A stretch of 64,000 bases of DNA. Source: a virus. Its lineage: Duplodnaviria; Caudoviricetes. Where the stretch lies: the IMG/VR virus record IMGVR_UViG_3300036971_000130, one strand, 5' to 3'. The translations under genes were made by a program, and so were the position numbers. The notes beneath the pieces were generated by a model. It was not told the DNA's origin, made no database searches, and saw nothing but the letters and a program-made list of their open reading frames with translations. Positions 54,743 to 64,000 of this stretch are shown here, piece by piece; the first letter of the stretch is position 1, and every line of letters starts with the position of its first letter.

Positions 54743-56929
54743 ATGACCATTCTCGACCCCGTCGGGCCTGCTTCCCTCACCTCGAATTTCAAGAACATCG
54801 ACGAACGGATCATCCGTGCAGAGGTCCGCATGTACCTCGACGGTAACTCGTCGACCGAATCCCTCGTCCTCACGCTCGGGGAGCCCAACTGGGGTCCGAT
54901 CGGTGAGGAAGTCTTCCTCCGGACCTACTCCCGTGAACTCCCCGACGGCCAGAAGGAGCACTGGGCTGACACCTGCCGCCGTGTCGTCAACGGCAACATG
55001 GGTTACGCGTCGGATGAGCACCACCTCCCCGACGAGGACATCGACCTGTTCCTCCTGATGTACTATTTCCGTGCGCTACCCGCCGGAAGGCACCTGTGGG
55101 TCACCGGCACCGCCACCTCGACCTTCAGCCGGAACTGCTGGGTCAGCGGGTGGACGGCGAAGACCTCCGACCACTTCCACTTCCTCTCGTCTCGTCTGTT
55201 CGAGGGCGGCGGCGTCGGAGCGAACTACTCCTTCGACCTGCTCGCCGGAACGTCTCCGCTGGTCCGCAAGGTCAACGTCATCTTCACCTGCGACCCGGAG
55301 CACCCGGACTACGACGCTGTACGAGCGGCCGCTGGCGACCGCTTCGTCGATGGTGTCGGAACCGACGGGTTCATCGTCGACGACAGCCGTGAAGGCTGGA
55401 CGGATCTGTACACCACCATCGTCGACATCGCTCAGGGCGTCGGCTACGTCAACGCTGAGACCCTCGGCACCCGGATGCTGAAGATCGACGTGTCGAAGGT
55501 CCGCCCCCAGGGCTCGCCTCTCCGCACCTTCGGAGGCCAGGCTTCCGGCCCCGATCCTCTCGTGACCGCAACCATCGAGATCGCTGATGTGGTCAACGGT
55601 GCGGCAGCCGAGCGTCGGCGTCTCACCGGCCTCGAAGCCATGCTCATCGACCACTCGATCGCTGCTTCGGTCGTCGCCGGAGGAACCCGCCGTTCCGCTC
55701 GCATCGCTGCGATGCGCTGGGACGACCCCGAGGTCTTCGACTTCATCGTCTGCAAGACCGACCACATCCACCACTGGTCGGCCAACATCTCCATCGAGAT
55801 CAACGACGACTTCCACGCAGCGTTCAACGACCCGACGAACCCGCTCCACGAGCACGCCGTGAAGGTCACCGACCAGGTCGTCGAAGCCATGCTGCTCAAC
55901 GGCGAGCCCGGCTTCATCGACACCTCCCTCGCTTCGGTCGACGAGACCGCCGCTCTCCGGATCTGCAACCCGTGCGGTGAGGTCTTCCTCGCCTCCGCTG
56001 ACGCTCTCGGCTTCGATTCCGCCGCCGGTGAGTCCTGCAACCTCGGTTCGGTGAACCTCGATGCGTTCGGCACCGACGATGAGGGGATCGAGCACGCCTA
56101 CCGTCTGCTCGCTCGCTTCCTCTACCGTGCGACCGAGAACAAGCACGCTGTGGACGAGGCCGGGATCGTCGAGAACGTCAACCGCCGCATCGGTGTCGGG
56201 TTCATGGGTCTCCACGGCTACGCCCTCACTCACGGCATCCGCTACACCGAGATCGCATCGTCGACGCTCATGGCCGAGAAGCTCACCCGCTTCGCTGCGG
56301 TGATCCGCAAGGCCGCTGACGACCTCGCTGACGCCCTCGGGACGCCTCGTGCGGTCAAGGTCACGGCGATCGCTCCGACCGGCACCATCGCCCAGATGGC
56401 CGGTTGCACGTCCGGCATCCAGTCGATCATGTACGCCTACTTCATCCGTCGTGTCCGCTTCGAGGCTGGTAACCCGGCCCTGGCCGACTACGCCGCTCAG
56501 GGCTACAACATCGTCGACGACATCTACGCCGCCAACACCAAGGTCGTCGAGTTCACCGTCTACGACTCGATCCTCGACCGGTTCCCGGCTGAGATGGTCG
56601 AAGCGTCCACCGATGTCTCCGTCGGCCAGTTCTTCGATCTGGTCGCCATGGTCCAGCGGACCTTCTGCGGTACCGGCAACGGCAACGCCATCTCGTCGAC
56701 TGCAGCCGTCGATCCCGAGGCCCTCTCCTTCAAAGAACTGAAGGACGCAGTCGTCAACTCCTTCGGCAAGGTCAAGGGCATCACCATCTTCCCGCCGGAG
56801 TCCCGCCCCCTGCCCCCGTACGAGGGGATCACCAAGGAGCAGTACGACGCCATGTCCGTTGGAGCCTCGCTTGTGGCTGGCGACTCCAACGACGGCGAGT
56901 GCGGACCGGGCGGTTGCCCCGTTCGGTGA
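54743..56929 (+). CDS. nrdJ: Class II (adenosylcobalamin-dependent) ribonucleotide reductase, monomeric/phage type
   Basis: LPAGRHLW, NCW, GGGVGANYS, GG.RRSA, NPCGE, CNLG, TAIAPTGT, C-terminal ECGPGGCPVR; no nrdB nearby. Confidence 0.93.
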   Translation: MTILDPVGPASLTSNFKNIDERIIRAEVRMYLDGNSSTESLVLTLGEPNWGPIGEEVFLRTYSRELPDGQKEHWADTCRRVVNGNMGYASDEHHLPDEDIDLFLLMYYFRALPAGRHLWVTGTATSTFSRNCWVSGWTAKTSDHFHFLSSRLFEGGGVGANYSFDLLAGTSPLVRKVNVIFTCDPEHPDYDAVRAAAGDRFVDGVGTDGFIVDDSREGWTDLYTTIVDIAQGVGYVNAETLGTRMLKIDVSKVRPQGSPLRTFGGQASGPDPLVTATIEIADVVNGAAAERRRLTGLEAMLIDHSIAASVVAGGTRRSARIAAMRWDDPEVFDFIVCKTDHIHHWSANISIEINDDFHAAFNDPTNPLHEHAVKVTDQVVEAMLLNGEPGFIDTSLASVDETAALRICNPCGEVFLASADALGFDSAAGESCNLGSVNLDAFGTDDEGIEHAYRLLARFLYRATENKHAVDEAGIVENVNRRIGVGFMGLHGYALTHGIRYTEIASSTLMAEKLTRFAAVIRKAADDLADALGTPRAVKVTAIAPTGTIAQMAGCTSGIQSIMYAYFIRRVRFEAGNPALADYAAQGYNIVDDIYAANTKVVEFTVYDSILDRFPAEMVEASTDVSVGQFFDLVAMVQRTFCGTGNGNAISSTAAVDPEALSFKELKDAVVNSFGKVKGITIFPPESRPLPPYEGITKEQYDAMSVGASLVAGDSNDGECGPGGCPVR

Positions 56930-56945
56930 TCGAGCACCATCGAGT

Positions 56946-56982
56946 CTGAGAGGTGCGGCAGTCCAACTGTCGCACCTCTCAG
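56946..56982 (+). terminator. Intrinsic terminator after nrdJ
   Basis: CTGAGAGGTGCGGCAG-TCCAA-CTGTCGCACCTCTCAG then CGTTTT. Confidence 0.8.
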
Positions 56983-57064
56983 CGTTTTCATGGACACCCA
57001 ACCCATGATGGTCACAGGTGTGCCAGCTAGGCTGCCGCCTCCAACCTCCGATGAAGGACATCAA

Positions 57065-57625
57065 GTGAGCGCACGCAACGGCCGGACGAACAAGCCCGCC
57101 ACGAAACGACGGACCCCGAAGAAGGACGCCGCCGTGATCGAGACCTCGGCTGTGGAAGTCGAAGTCGAAGCACCACAGAAGAAGTCGCCGCCCGCCAAGG
57201 TCGGCTTCGTCGGGAAGGTCAAGGAGGCCCTCCGTTTCACGTCGATCAGGGAGTCCCTCGCTCCGTACGGCGGGTTCCTGCGGTGGGCACGGGGCTGGTT
57301 CTGGTACCTCCTGCTCGGCTACCTGATCGTCTTCGTGGTGAACTCCACGATGTTCCGGATCGAGGACAAGACCGACGATGTGCGTCAGTTGACGTTGATC
57401 GTCATGGTCCTGCTTCCTGGTATCGTCCTGAAGGCGTTCATCAGGACGGCGAAGCTCTGGAAGTGGTTCGCCCTGGCGCTCGTGATGACCGGAATCACCG
57501 GCGACAGTGCGCTCATCGTTCTCCTGTTCGGTGCAGCGACCCTCCTTCGCCGGGAGATGCTCTGCATCCGCAAGCTCGGGTTCCGTTGGACACAACCCAT
57601 GATGGAAGACACGCCGGACCGCTGA
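57065..57625 (+). CDS. Membrane protein (about 4 TM) with basic N-terminus
   Basis: GTG 57065 with RBS GAAGGA, within track ORF 56990..57625. Confidence 0.6.
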   Translation: MSARNGRTNKPATKRRTPKKDAAVIETSAVEVEVEAPQKKSPPAKVGFVGKVKEALRFTSIRESLAPYGGFLRWARGWFWYLLLGYLIVFVVNSTMFRIEDKTDDVRQLTLIVMVLLPGIVLKAFIRTAKLWKWFALALVMTGITGDSALIVLLFGAATLLRREMLCIRKLGFRWTQPMMEDTPDR

Positions 57626-57626
57626 C

Positions 57627-57648
57627 TGTCAGTGGTGACTGGCAGAAT
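57627..57648 (+). promoter_or_regulatory. PafBC/RecA-NDp-type promoter of dinG, TGTCAG-N10-CAGAAT (leaderless)
   Basis: TGTCAGTG...CAGAAT ends 8 nt before ATG 57657. Confidence 0.7.
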
Positions 57649-57656
57649 AGGTAGCT

Positions 57657-60188
57657 ATGCAGACGGAACTGAAGCAGGCGTCACAGCGGGTGATGCGGCG
57701 AGTCATCGAGATCATCACCGACGGTGAGTTCAGCGAACCTCGGCCTGGACAGGGCGCTCTCTCCGACGACATCGTCGACACGATGGAGGCCGGTGGAGGC
57801 CACCTCATCGGTGAAGCACCGACCGGGACCGGGAAGTCCTTCGCCTACGGCGTCCCGCTGTTCGTCGCTGCCGCACTGAGCGAATCGCCGCTCGGAGGCC
57901 CGTCACGTTCGGTCATCTCCACCGAAGGTCTCGCCCTTCAGACCCAGTTGGAGAGCAAGGACTTCCCGGTCATCCAGCGAGCCGTCATGGATGTCACAGG
58001 GAAGCACGTCCCGTTCTCCGTCCTGAAGGGGTGGTCGAACTACGCCTGCGCTCTGCGTGCGTCGGCCACCGCCCACTCGCTCTATGTCAGCGACACCGGT
58101 CAGGAGTTCGACTACAGCCCGACCTCGATCTCCGGAATGAAGAAGCTCGCCTCCTACGTCGAAGACGAGTGGCTGAAGCTTCCGCCCGAGAACGGTGCGT
58201 TCAGCCTGTCGTTCAAGGACAACGGTCGCATGGTGAGCCTGGACGGCTTCGAGCACGCTCGTCGTGAGGTTCTCGAAGCTCTCCGCTGGGCGATCCCCGC
58301 TTCAGTCGGTGCGAAGAACCTGACGGGCGCTCCCGACTCTCCGATCACGGCCAACCAGTTCGGTGAGGTGGTCGCTGACCGCCACGGTGCGCCGGTCGAG
58401 ATCAGCAACCACATGTGGAACAACCTGTCGATCTCGTCGAACGCATGTCCGAAGGCGGACAACTGCCCGCTCGGTGAAGTCTGCCGTCCGGCGGCTGCCC
58501 GAGTCAGGGCTTCCGAGGCGAGCGTGGTCATCACCAACCACACCCTGATCGGCATTCAGGCAGCGAAGCAGGCGAAGGTGGTCATCGGGAACTCCCGGCT
58601 CGGAACCTTCGACACCATCGTCATCGACGAAGCTCACTCCCTCCCGAACATCGTCCGCAGCCAGGGTGCCAACGAGGTCTCCGCAACCCGCTTTGAGCGC
58701 CTCGCCAAGCGACTCGAACCGATGGCGTTCACGGTCGGTGACAACAACCTCCTGGTGTCGGTGAAGGTCGTGGCCTCCGCCATCGAAGACGATCTTCAGG
58801 ATGCCCTCCGGGTGCTTCAGGGCGGTCGCCTGAAGCCTCTCCGTGATGGCGACACCGTGACGGTCGACCCGGACAAGGTCCAGCCGATCGCTCACAGTGA
58901 GGAAACCCTCGTCAACTGGATCGAAGCGGTGTCCTCGATGGTGTCGACCGCCGAGGACCGGTGGGCCGGAAGCCACGCTCACCGCAACGACTGGCTTCGT
59001 GCGCTCTCGATGGGCAGCCGTCTCAACGACCTGAAGGCAGCGATCACCGACGCCAACTCCGACTCCCCGTTCATCGCTCGATGGATCGAGAAGGAACGTG
59101 ACGAGGACGGCGGTCGGTTGGTCACGAAGCTCTCCCCGGTCGTCGTAGCTCCGATGCTCAGGGCGAACGTGTGGACGACTCCGATCGACCCCGACGAGGT
59201 CCGGGGCACCGACGATGACCAGGACGACGACGGGCTCTACGAGTCGTCCGACACCGGCTACTCCCTCTCCGACCTTCTCCGGATGGCCGAGAGCGAGAAC
59301 TACGACGCCGACGAGGACTCGACGATGGAGGTCGAGCAGCCGAAGTTCAAGCTGAACGTGATCGCTGTCTCCGCCACGGTTCCCCGCAACCTCCCGTACG
59401 AGGCCGGGATCATGTCCCCGATCAAGAAGTACGAGTCGCCGTTCTCGTCGGCCTACAGCAAGTCGACCATCTACATCCCGAAGGTCGGTGGCGCTGTCCG
59501 AGATGGCCTGATCTCCGATCTCACCCGTGACCGTGCCCGTCCGAGCATGGACACGAAGAAGCACGCCGAGTGGGCCGCTGACGAGTTCGCTGAGATGGTG
59601 CTCGCCAATGAGGGGCACGCTCTCATCCTGGCTGCGACGACATCGAACGCCAAGCTCTACCACGACCGGATCAGCAAGGCCGTCGACGGCCGCTTCGAGG
59701 TCTACAGCCAGTGGTCTCGGGGCACGACGACCCAGGTCGTCTCGGTGTGGAAGGAAGATCAGCCGTCGGTCCTCGTCGGCACCCGTGGTCTGATGACCGG
59801 CGTCGACGCCCCCGGCAAGACCCTTACCCTGCTCGGGATCGACCGTCTCCCCCGTGCCGCCAGCAACCCTGTCGATGACGCTCGGGTGGCTGCGATCTCC
59901 GAGGAACGTGACCTCGACAAGTGGACGGCCGACCTTCAGGTCTACGTGGTCGACACCGCCGTGCTCGTCGAGCAGGCAGTTGGCCGTCTCATCCGTGCGG
60001 TGTCGGATACCGGCGTTGTCGCTTTCCTCGACCCACGGATTGTGCCAGGATCACAACTCTCCCTGGCGGCGAACGCCAGGGACATCTACCTCGAAGCTCT
60101 CTCCATGTTCCCGAAGGGGACCGGCTGCCGTGTGGCGGAGCGAGACGAGGTTCTCGAACGACTCCGCCGACAGGCCAAGGACTACTGA
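57657..60188 (+). CDS. dinG: DinG/YoaA-family Fe-S SF2 helicase
   Basis: RPGQ, EAPTGTGKSFAY, LQTQL, KG.SNYAC, C....CP..C, TNH, IDEAH, SAT, GVD.PG, Q..GRLIR..D.G. Confidence 0.92.
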   Translation: MQTELKQASQRVMRRVIEIITDGEFSEPRPGQGALSDDIVDTMEAGGGHLIGEAPTGTGKSFAYGVPLFVAAALSESPLGGPSRSVISTEGLALQTQLESKDFPVIQRAVMDVTGKHVPFSVLKGWSNYACALRASATAHSLYVSDTGQEFDYSPTSISGMKKLASYVEDEWLKLPPENGAFSLSFKDNGRMVSLDGFEHARREVLEALRWAIPASVGAKNLTGAPDSPITANQFGEVVADRHGAPVEISNHMWNNLSISSNACPKADNCPLGEVCRPAAARVRASEASVVITNHTLIGIQAAKQAKVVIGNSRLGTFDTIVIDEAHSLPNIVRSQGANEVSATRFERLAKRLEPMAFTVGDNNLLVSVKVVASAIEDDLQDALRVLQGGRLKPLRDGDTVTVDPDKVQPIAHSEETLVNWIEAVSSMVSTAEDRWAGSHAHRNDWLRALSMGSRLNDLKAAITDANSDSPFIARWIEKERDEDGGRLVTKLSPVVVAPMLRANVWTTPIDPDEVRGTDDDQDDDGLYESSDTGYSLSDLLRMAESENYDADEDSTMEVEQPKFKLNVIAVSATVPRNLPYEAGIMSPIKKYESPFSSAYSKSTIYIPKVGGAVRDGLISDLTRDRARPSMDTKKHAEWAADEFAEMVLANEGHALILAATTSNAKLYHDRISKAVDGRFEVYSQWSRGTTTQVVSVWKEDQPSVLVGTRGLMTGVDAPGKTLTLLGIDRLPRAASNPVDDARVAAISEERDLDKWTADLQVYVVDTAVLVEQAVGRLIRAVSDTGVVAFLDPRIVPGSQLSLAANARDIYLEALSMFPKGTGCRVAERDEVLERLRRQAKDY

Positions 60189-60346
60189 TGAAGTGCGAAC
60201 TCTGCAACTCCGAACACCCGACCGTGATCGTCACCGTGCCGATGGCTGGGTTCCGACCGGAGTACCCGGTCTGTGACGGCTGCCTCGAAGACATCTCGGT
60301 GTATGTGTCCGAGATGAAGGAGATCCCGGAGCCGGTCAATGCCTGA
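60188..60346 (+). CDS. 52-aa Zn-ribbon protein
   Basis: MKCELC...VCDGC; overlaps both neighbours. Confidence 0.55.
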   Translation: MKCELCNSEHPTVIVTVPMAGFRPEYPVCDGCLEDISVYVSEMKEIPEPVNA

Positions 60347-63300
60347 TGGGACCGGGTCCACCTGGCCCACCGAACCGAACGCCATGCTGTGTGGGACGGT
60401 CTACGAGCCGACCATGCACCTCTGGTTCGACACCGACGACACCCACCTCAGCAACGGACGACCGCTGACTGAGGTCATGGGTGTGATCGGCGCTGTCCAC
60501 GACCCGGAGAAGTTCTGCTGGACGATCACGTCGTTCCCGGATTCCTCGGCCTCGATCTCATCCAGGCTCGAACGGGCCGGGTTCGGCCACGTCGCCAACC
60601 ACATCGAGACCGACGAACTCCCGGCGTGGGTTCCCACCGACATCGACTCCTTCGTCAAGCCGTTGGTGACGACGAACAAGGCGAAGACGGTGTACCGCAT
60701 CCGCCAGCGCATGGCTTCGGCCGAGACGATGAAGGCACTTCCTGGCACCTTCGACGAACGTGGTTGGGTGGACATGACCCCCGAGCAGTTCGTTGTGCTC
60801 GGGGACTGGGACAGGTTCGTCGTCGACCCCGAGACGATCCCGACCACCGTCGATGAAGTCGATGACGACCTCGACTTCGAGGACCCGACCGCTGTCGCCC
60901 CCACCACCGTTGCGGTCGTCTCGAACCAGAGCGCCGTGGTGTCGGGCACCTTCCTGAAGCCACTGATCGAGCTTCGGTTCGGATGGGACGCCGTTCACCC
61001 GAACAAGGAGAAGAACCGGCGCATCCTCGACCTGGTGAAGACCACCCCAGGGGCGAAGTGGAACCCGAAGCACGAACGTGGCCGGTGCTGGACGATCCCC
61101 GGCCTCGGCTACTCGAAGACCTCCCTCGACGATCGCCTGATCCGGACCGGCTTCACCAACATCTCGATCAAGATGGACGGGGTTCAGGTGCCCGAGTGGG
61201 TTCCGTCGACGTTCCTCCTGTTCGACACGGAGGTGCTCTGCACCCCGGTCATCACCTACTCCGCCCGCAACGGCATGATCCAGGTGTGGCCTCGCCTCGG
61301 TGGACCCGGCAACGTGAAGCGTCTTCTCCCTGAGGGCGTCGGCGCTTGGGACTCCGAGAAGTGGGTCTTCGAGTTGAGCTACTCCGAGTTCATGGCGTCG
61401 AACATCGAACCGGACGACTGCTTCACCGAACCAGGCGTCCTCGAAGCGGCCAAGGCAGAAGAAGAACGCCGTTCGCATCTCTCGCCTCACGCCGGGACCG
61501 TCGGTCTCGCTGTCTCGCTGGAAGCTGCCGGTGGGGCCGCTGACGCCCTCATCGAGAAGGTCGGAACCGTCCCCGAGTGGTTCGGCCTCGAACTCGATCC
61601 GTACCAGGTCGCTGGCGCTCTGTCGGTCGTTTCCGGCCACACGCTGCTCTCTGACGAGATGGGGCTCGGCAAGGGCTCGCCTCCGTGGGTGAAGATCCTG
61701 ACCCCGAGCGGTTGGACCACCTACGGTGAGGTCCAGGTCGGGGATCTTGTCGTCGGTTCCGATGGCAAGCCCACGAGGGTCACCGGTGTCTTCCCCCGAG
61801 GCGAACTCGATGTGTTCCGGGTGACGATGTCCGACGGTGCCTCGGTCGTTGTTGACGCCGATCACCTGTGGACGATCAGGTCGATGGTGAACCCGACCGG
61901 CTACACCGTCGAGACCCGTTCGCTCATGGACGTGAACTTCTACGACCAGTTGACCTTCATCCCGATGGTTAAGCCGGTCATGTTCGACGCTGAACCGAAC
62001 CCTCCGTCGGACCCGTACCTGGCGGGCAACATCCTGGCCGAGTTCGATGCCGCTGACTCCCACATCCAGAAGGCGTACCTGTACGCAAGCCCCTCGAACC
62101 GCATGGAGTTCCTGCGAGGCATGATGGATGTCGGCGGCGACCCGAAGGATCGCACCTACGTCACCAAGTCGACGATGGTCGCTGAAGACCTGACGTTCCT
62201 CGTCCAGTCCCTCGGAGGATGCGCCCGCTCGGAGACCAACGGTGTCACCCACTGCATCAAGTTCGCCTTGAACAGCACGCCGGAGACCTGCCCGTTCAGG
62301 GACAAGGCCAAGGCCGAGACCTGGATGAAGAACGCCCAGTTCACGGCAGATCGGGTCATCCGCTCGATCGAGCCAGCAGGTCGTGACGAGGTCATCTGCA
62401 TCTCCGTCGAAGCTGAGGACTCGTTGTACGTCACCGAGGACTTCATCGTCACGCACAACACCCGTCAGGCGATTGCTTCTGCTGCCATGGTCGGTGCCAG
62501 TCGCACCGTTGTCGTCTGCCCGCCTGTCACCACGACCGGCTGGGAACGTGAGGTGAGCGCATCACTGCTTCACCATTACCCTAATGGCGAGTTCTCGGAG
62601 CCGCCGCTGTTCACCGGAGGCAAGAACAAAGGGAAGCCGAACGTCGACCACAACATCGTGGTCTTCCGTGCCGGACGCAAGGAGAAGGAACTCCCCGAGA
62701 CCGGCGTGGTCATCATCCCCGACTCGATCCTCTCATCGAGAGACGAGCTCCGGGCAAAGATCATGGAGTGGGAACCCGACGTGGTCCTCGTGGACGAAGC
62801 TCACCGAGCGAAGAACACCGAGTCGAAGCGGTCGATCGCTGTCCGTGATCTCGCCTCTGTCGCTCGTCGCATGTCGGTGGCGATCACCGGCACTCCGTCC
62901 TTCGGCAAGACCGACGAACTCCGAGGCCCTCTCGATGTCGCTGGGCTGCTCGGTCCGGTCTTCGGTGGGACCGACAAGTTCCGCACCGACTACTGCCGTG
63001 AGGACCAGTTCCACGGCTGGCACACCCGCAAGCAGAAGCTCCCGGAACTGAAGCGGAAGCTGGACGAGGAATGCTGGGTCCTCCGGTTCAAGTCCGATGT
63101 GGCGACCGACCTTCCTCCGAAGCGTCGGCAGACGAAGTTCCTAGACGTGGATCTCTCCGGCTGGAACGAAGCCCACAAGCAGGTCGAAGCGAGAGTCGAC
63201 GAGTGGCTCGACTCCTTCATGCAGAAGCAGGTCGACAAGGGCGTCGAACAGCCTCAGTTGCCTGATGACACGACCTGCCAGTCGTGGTCCCGGTCGAAGA

Positions 63301-63956
63301 TCGGGCTCATCAGCATCCTCCGTTCGGCGGCTGCGAAGTCGAAGCTCCCTGCTGTCATCGAAGCTCTCGACGAGTACATGACGGCCCACCCCGCAGACGA
63401 GAACGGTCGCTACGATCGGCCGCTCATCATCTGGGTCCACACCCTCGATGTGGCTGACGCCCTGTTGGAGCAGATTCCGAAGCACCTGAACGCTCAGGCG
63501 ATCCTCGGTGCGACATCCGACTCCGCCCGAGCACGGATCATCGACGACTACCAGGCGGGCAAGGTCCCGGTCCTCGTTGCGTCGCTTCAGGCGGCGAGCG
63601 TCGGCATCACCCTCACCTCTGGCTGTGATGCGTGGTTCCTCGAATTCGACTGGACCCCGTCGATCAACGCTCAGGCTGAGGATCGGCAGAACCGTCGAGG
63701 TCAGACCCGTCCGGTCACCTGCACCACATGGATCGCAGCGAAGACCTTGGACGAGCGCATCCACAAGGTCAACCGTGAGAAGGGTGACGTTCTCGATGTG
63801 CTCATGCCGAAGTTCGACGACAACGTGTCCGGCATCTCCGCTTCCCACGAGAGCGAGCACGGTTCGATCGGCCCGTTCGAGATCATCGAGGAAATCGTCT
63901 TCGCTCGTCGGGCGAAGTGGTTGAGCGGCAAGAGCGCCAAGGCCATGTTGGGCTGA
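60339..63956 (+). CDS. SNF2-family helicase (HARP/SMARCAL1-like) containing an intein
   Basis: LDPYQ, LLSDEMGLGK|T, VVCP, VDEAH, ITGTP, LPPK, GITL, WTP...QAEDR..R.GQ. Confidence 0.93.
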   Translation: MPDGTGSTWPTEPNAMLCGTVYEPTMHLWFDTDDTHLSNGRPLTEVMGVIGAVHDPEKFCWTITSFPDSSASISSRLERAGFGHVANHIETDELPAWVPTDIDSFVKPLVTTNKAKTVYRIRQRMASAETMKALPGTFDERGWVDMTPEQFVVLGDWDRFVVDPETIPTTVDEVDDDLDFEDPTAVAPTTVAVVSNQSAVVSGTFLKPLIELRFGWDAVHPNKEKNRRILDLVKTTPGAKWNPKHERGRCWTIPGLGYSKTSLDDRLIRTGFTNISIKMDGVQVPEWVPSTFLLFDTEVLCTPVITYSARNGMIQVWPRLGGPGNVKRLLPEGVGAWDSEKWVFELSYSEFMASNIEPDDCFTEPGVLEAAKAEEERRSHLSPHAGTVGLAVSLEAAGGAADALIEKVGTVPEWFGLELDPYQVAGALSVVSGHTLLSDEMGLGKGSPPWVKILTPSGWTTYGEVQVGDLVVGSDGKPTRVTGVFPRGELDVFRVTMSDGASVVVDADHLWTIRSMVNPTGYTVETRSLMDVNFYDQLTFIPMVKPVMFDAEPNPPSDPYLAGNILAEFDAADSHIQKAYLYASPSNRMEFLRGMMDVGGDPKDRTYVTKSTMVAEDLTFLVQSLGGCARSETNGVTHCIKFALNSTPETCPFRDKAKAETWMKNAQFTADRVIRSIEPAGRDEVICISVEAEDSLYVTEDFIVTHNTRQAIASAAMVGASRTVVVCPPVTTTGWEREVSASLLHHYPNGEFSEPPLFTGGKNKGKPNVDHNIVVFRAGRKEKELPETGVVIIPDSILSSRDELRAKIMEWEPDVVLVDEAHRAKNTESKRSIAVRDLASVARRMSVAITGTPSFGKTDELRGPLDVAGLLGPVFGGTDKFRTDYCREDQFHGWHTRKQKLPELKRKLDEECWVLRFKSDVATDLPPKRRQTKFLDVDLSGWNEAHKQVEARVDEWLDSFMQKQVDKGVEQPQLPDDTTCQSWSRSKIGLISILRSAAAKSKLPAVIEALDEYMTAHPADENGRYDRPLIIWVHTLDVADALLEQIPKHLNAQAILGATSDSARARIIDDYQAGKVPVLVASLQAASVGITLTSGCDAWFLEFDWTPSINAQAEDRQNRRGQTRPVTCTTWIAAKTLDERIHKVNREKGDVLDVLMPKFDDNVSGISASHESEHGSIGPFEIIEEIVFARRAKWLSGKSAKAMLG
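61674..62459 (+). mobile_element. Atypical (class 3-like) intein in SNF2 Walker A, 262 aa
   Basis: GK|GSPPWVKILTPSGW; DADHLW (W); VICISV (C); IVTHN|T (T); remnant LAGLIDADG helices DPYLAG and FLRGMMDVGG. Confidence 0.9.
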
Positions 63957-64000
63957 CCCTGATCGGCCATCCATGATGGTGCCATGAAGCACACGTTCAT

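Noticed and set aside
22398-62456. Other long opposite-strand ORFs (22398..24077, 27534..29078, 39820..41889, 55076..57595, 60558..62456)
   Set aside because: Each lies antisense to a well-supported gene and has no recognisable motif.
63984-64000. ORF start MKHTF after CATGAT-N6
   Set aside because: Plausible leaderless gene, but only five codons are visible.
1-64000. Prophage, tRNA/rRNA, IS elements, LexA boxes
   Set aside because: No capsid, terminase, tail, integrase or transposase motifs, and no structured RNA genes or TCGAAC-N4-GTTCGA sites recognised in the intergenic regions by eye.

Overview
GC-rich, actinobacterial-looking segment of a large self-replicating conjugative element (megaplasmid or ICE-like). 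It has no phage structural genes, rRNA/tRNA, CRISPR array, transposase, relaxase or coupling protein that I could recognise. Genes run almost entirely on the minus strand from 1 to 44242 and on the plus strand from 44443 to 64000. Contents: (1) a giant secreted SdrD_B-repeat adhesin that runs off the left edge and is missing from the ORF track; (2) a Gram-positive-type conjugation apparatus split into two blocks (pilin-like, PrgI-like, VirB6-like and a four-domain cell-wall hydrolase at 14.5-22.2 kb; TcpC/VirB8-like and VirB4 at 48.4-53.3 kb); (3) a replication and repair kit: DnaE, TOPRIM primase-helicase, SSB, class II RNR, DinG, SNF2 helicase, RecB/Cas4-like nuclease and a resolvase, with three inteins, two of them atypical class-3-like; (4) an oriC-like site with DnaA boxes and trio-like repeats next to dnaE; (5) an mIHF-like protein and up to three divergent sigma-like proteins. 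The best candidate for an undescribed system is a set of six otherwise unrelated proteins that share a ~20-25 aa N-terminal tag, R-x(2-10)-G-x-[FW]-x4-[HFYR]...[DL]. Five of the six lie in three transcription units that each begin with the identical element CCAATAGTT-N5-ATG. This suggests a co-regulated cargo set carrying a common targeting or translocation signal. Two more promoter classes are visible: PafBC/RecA-NDp-type DNA-damage promoters before ssb, the recB-like gene and dinG, and hairpins whose loop is a -10-like hexamer. All family calls come from motif recognition by eye; no database searches were run.
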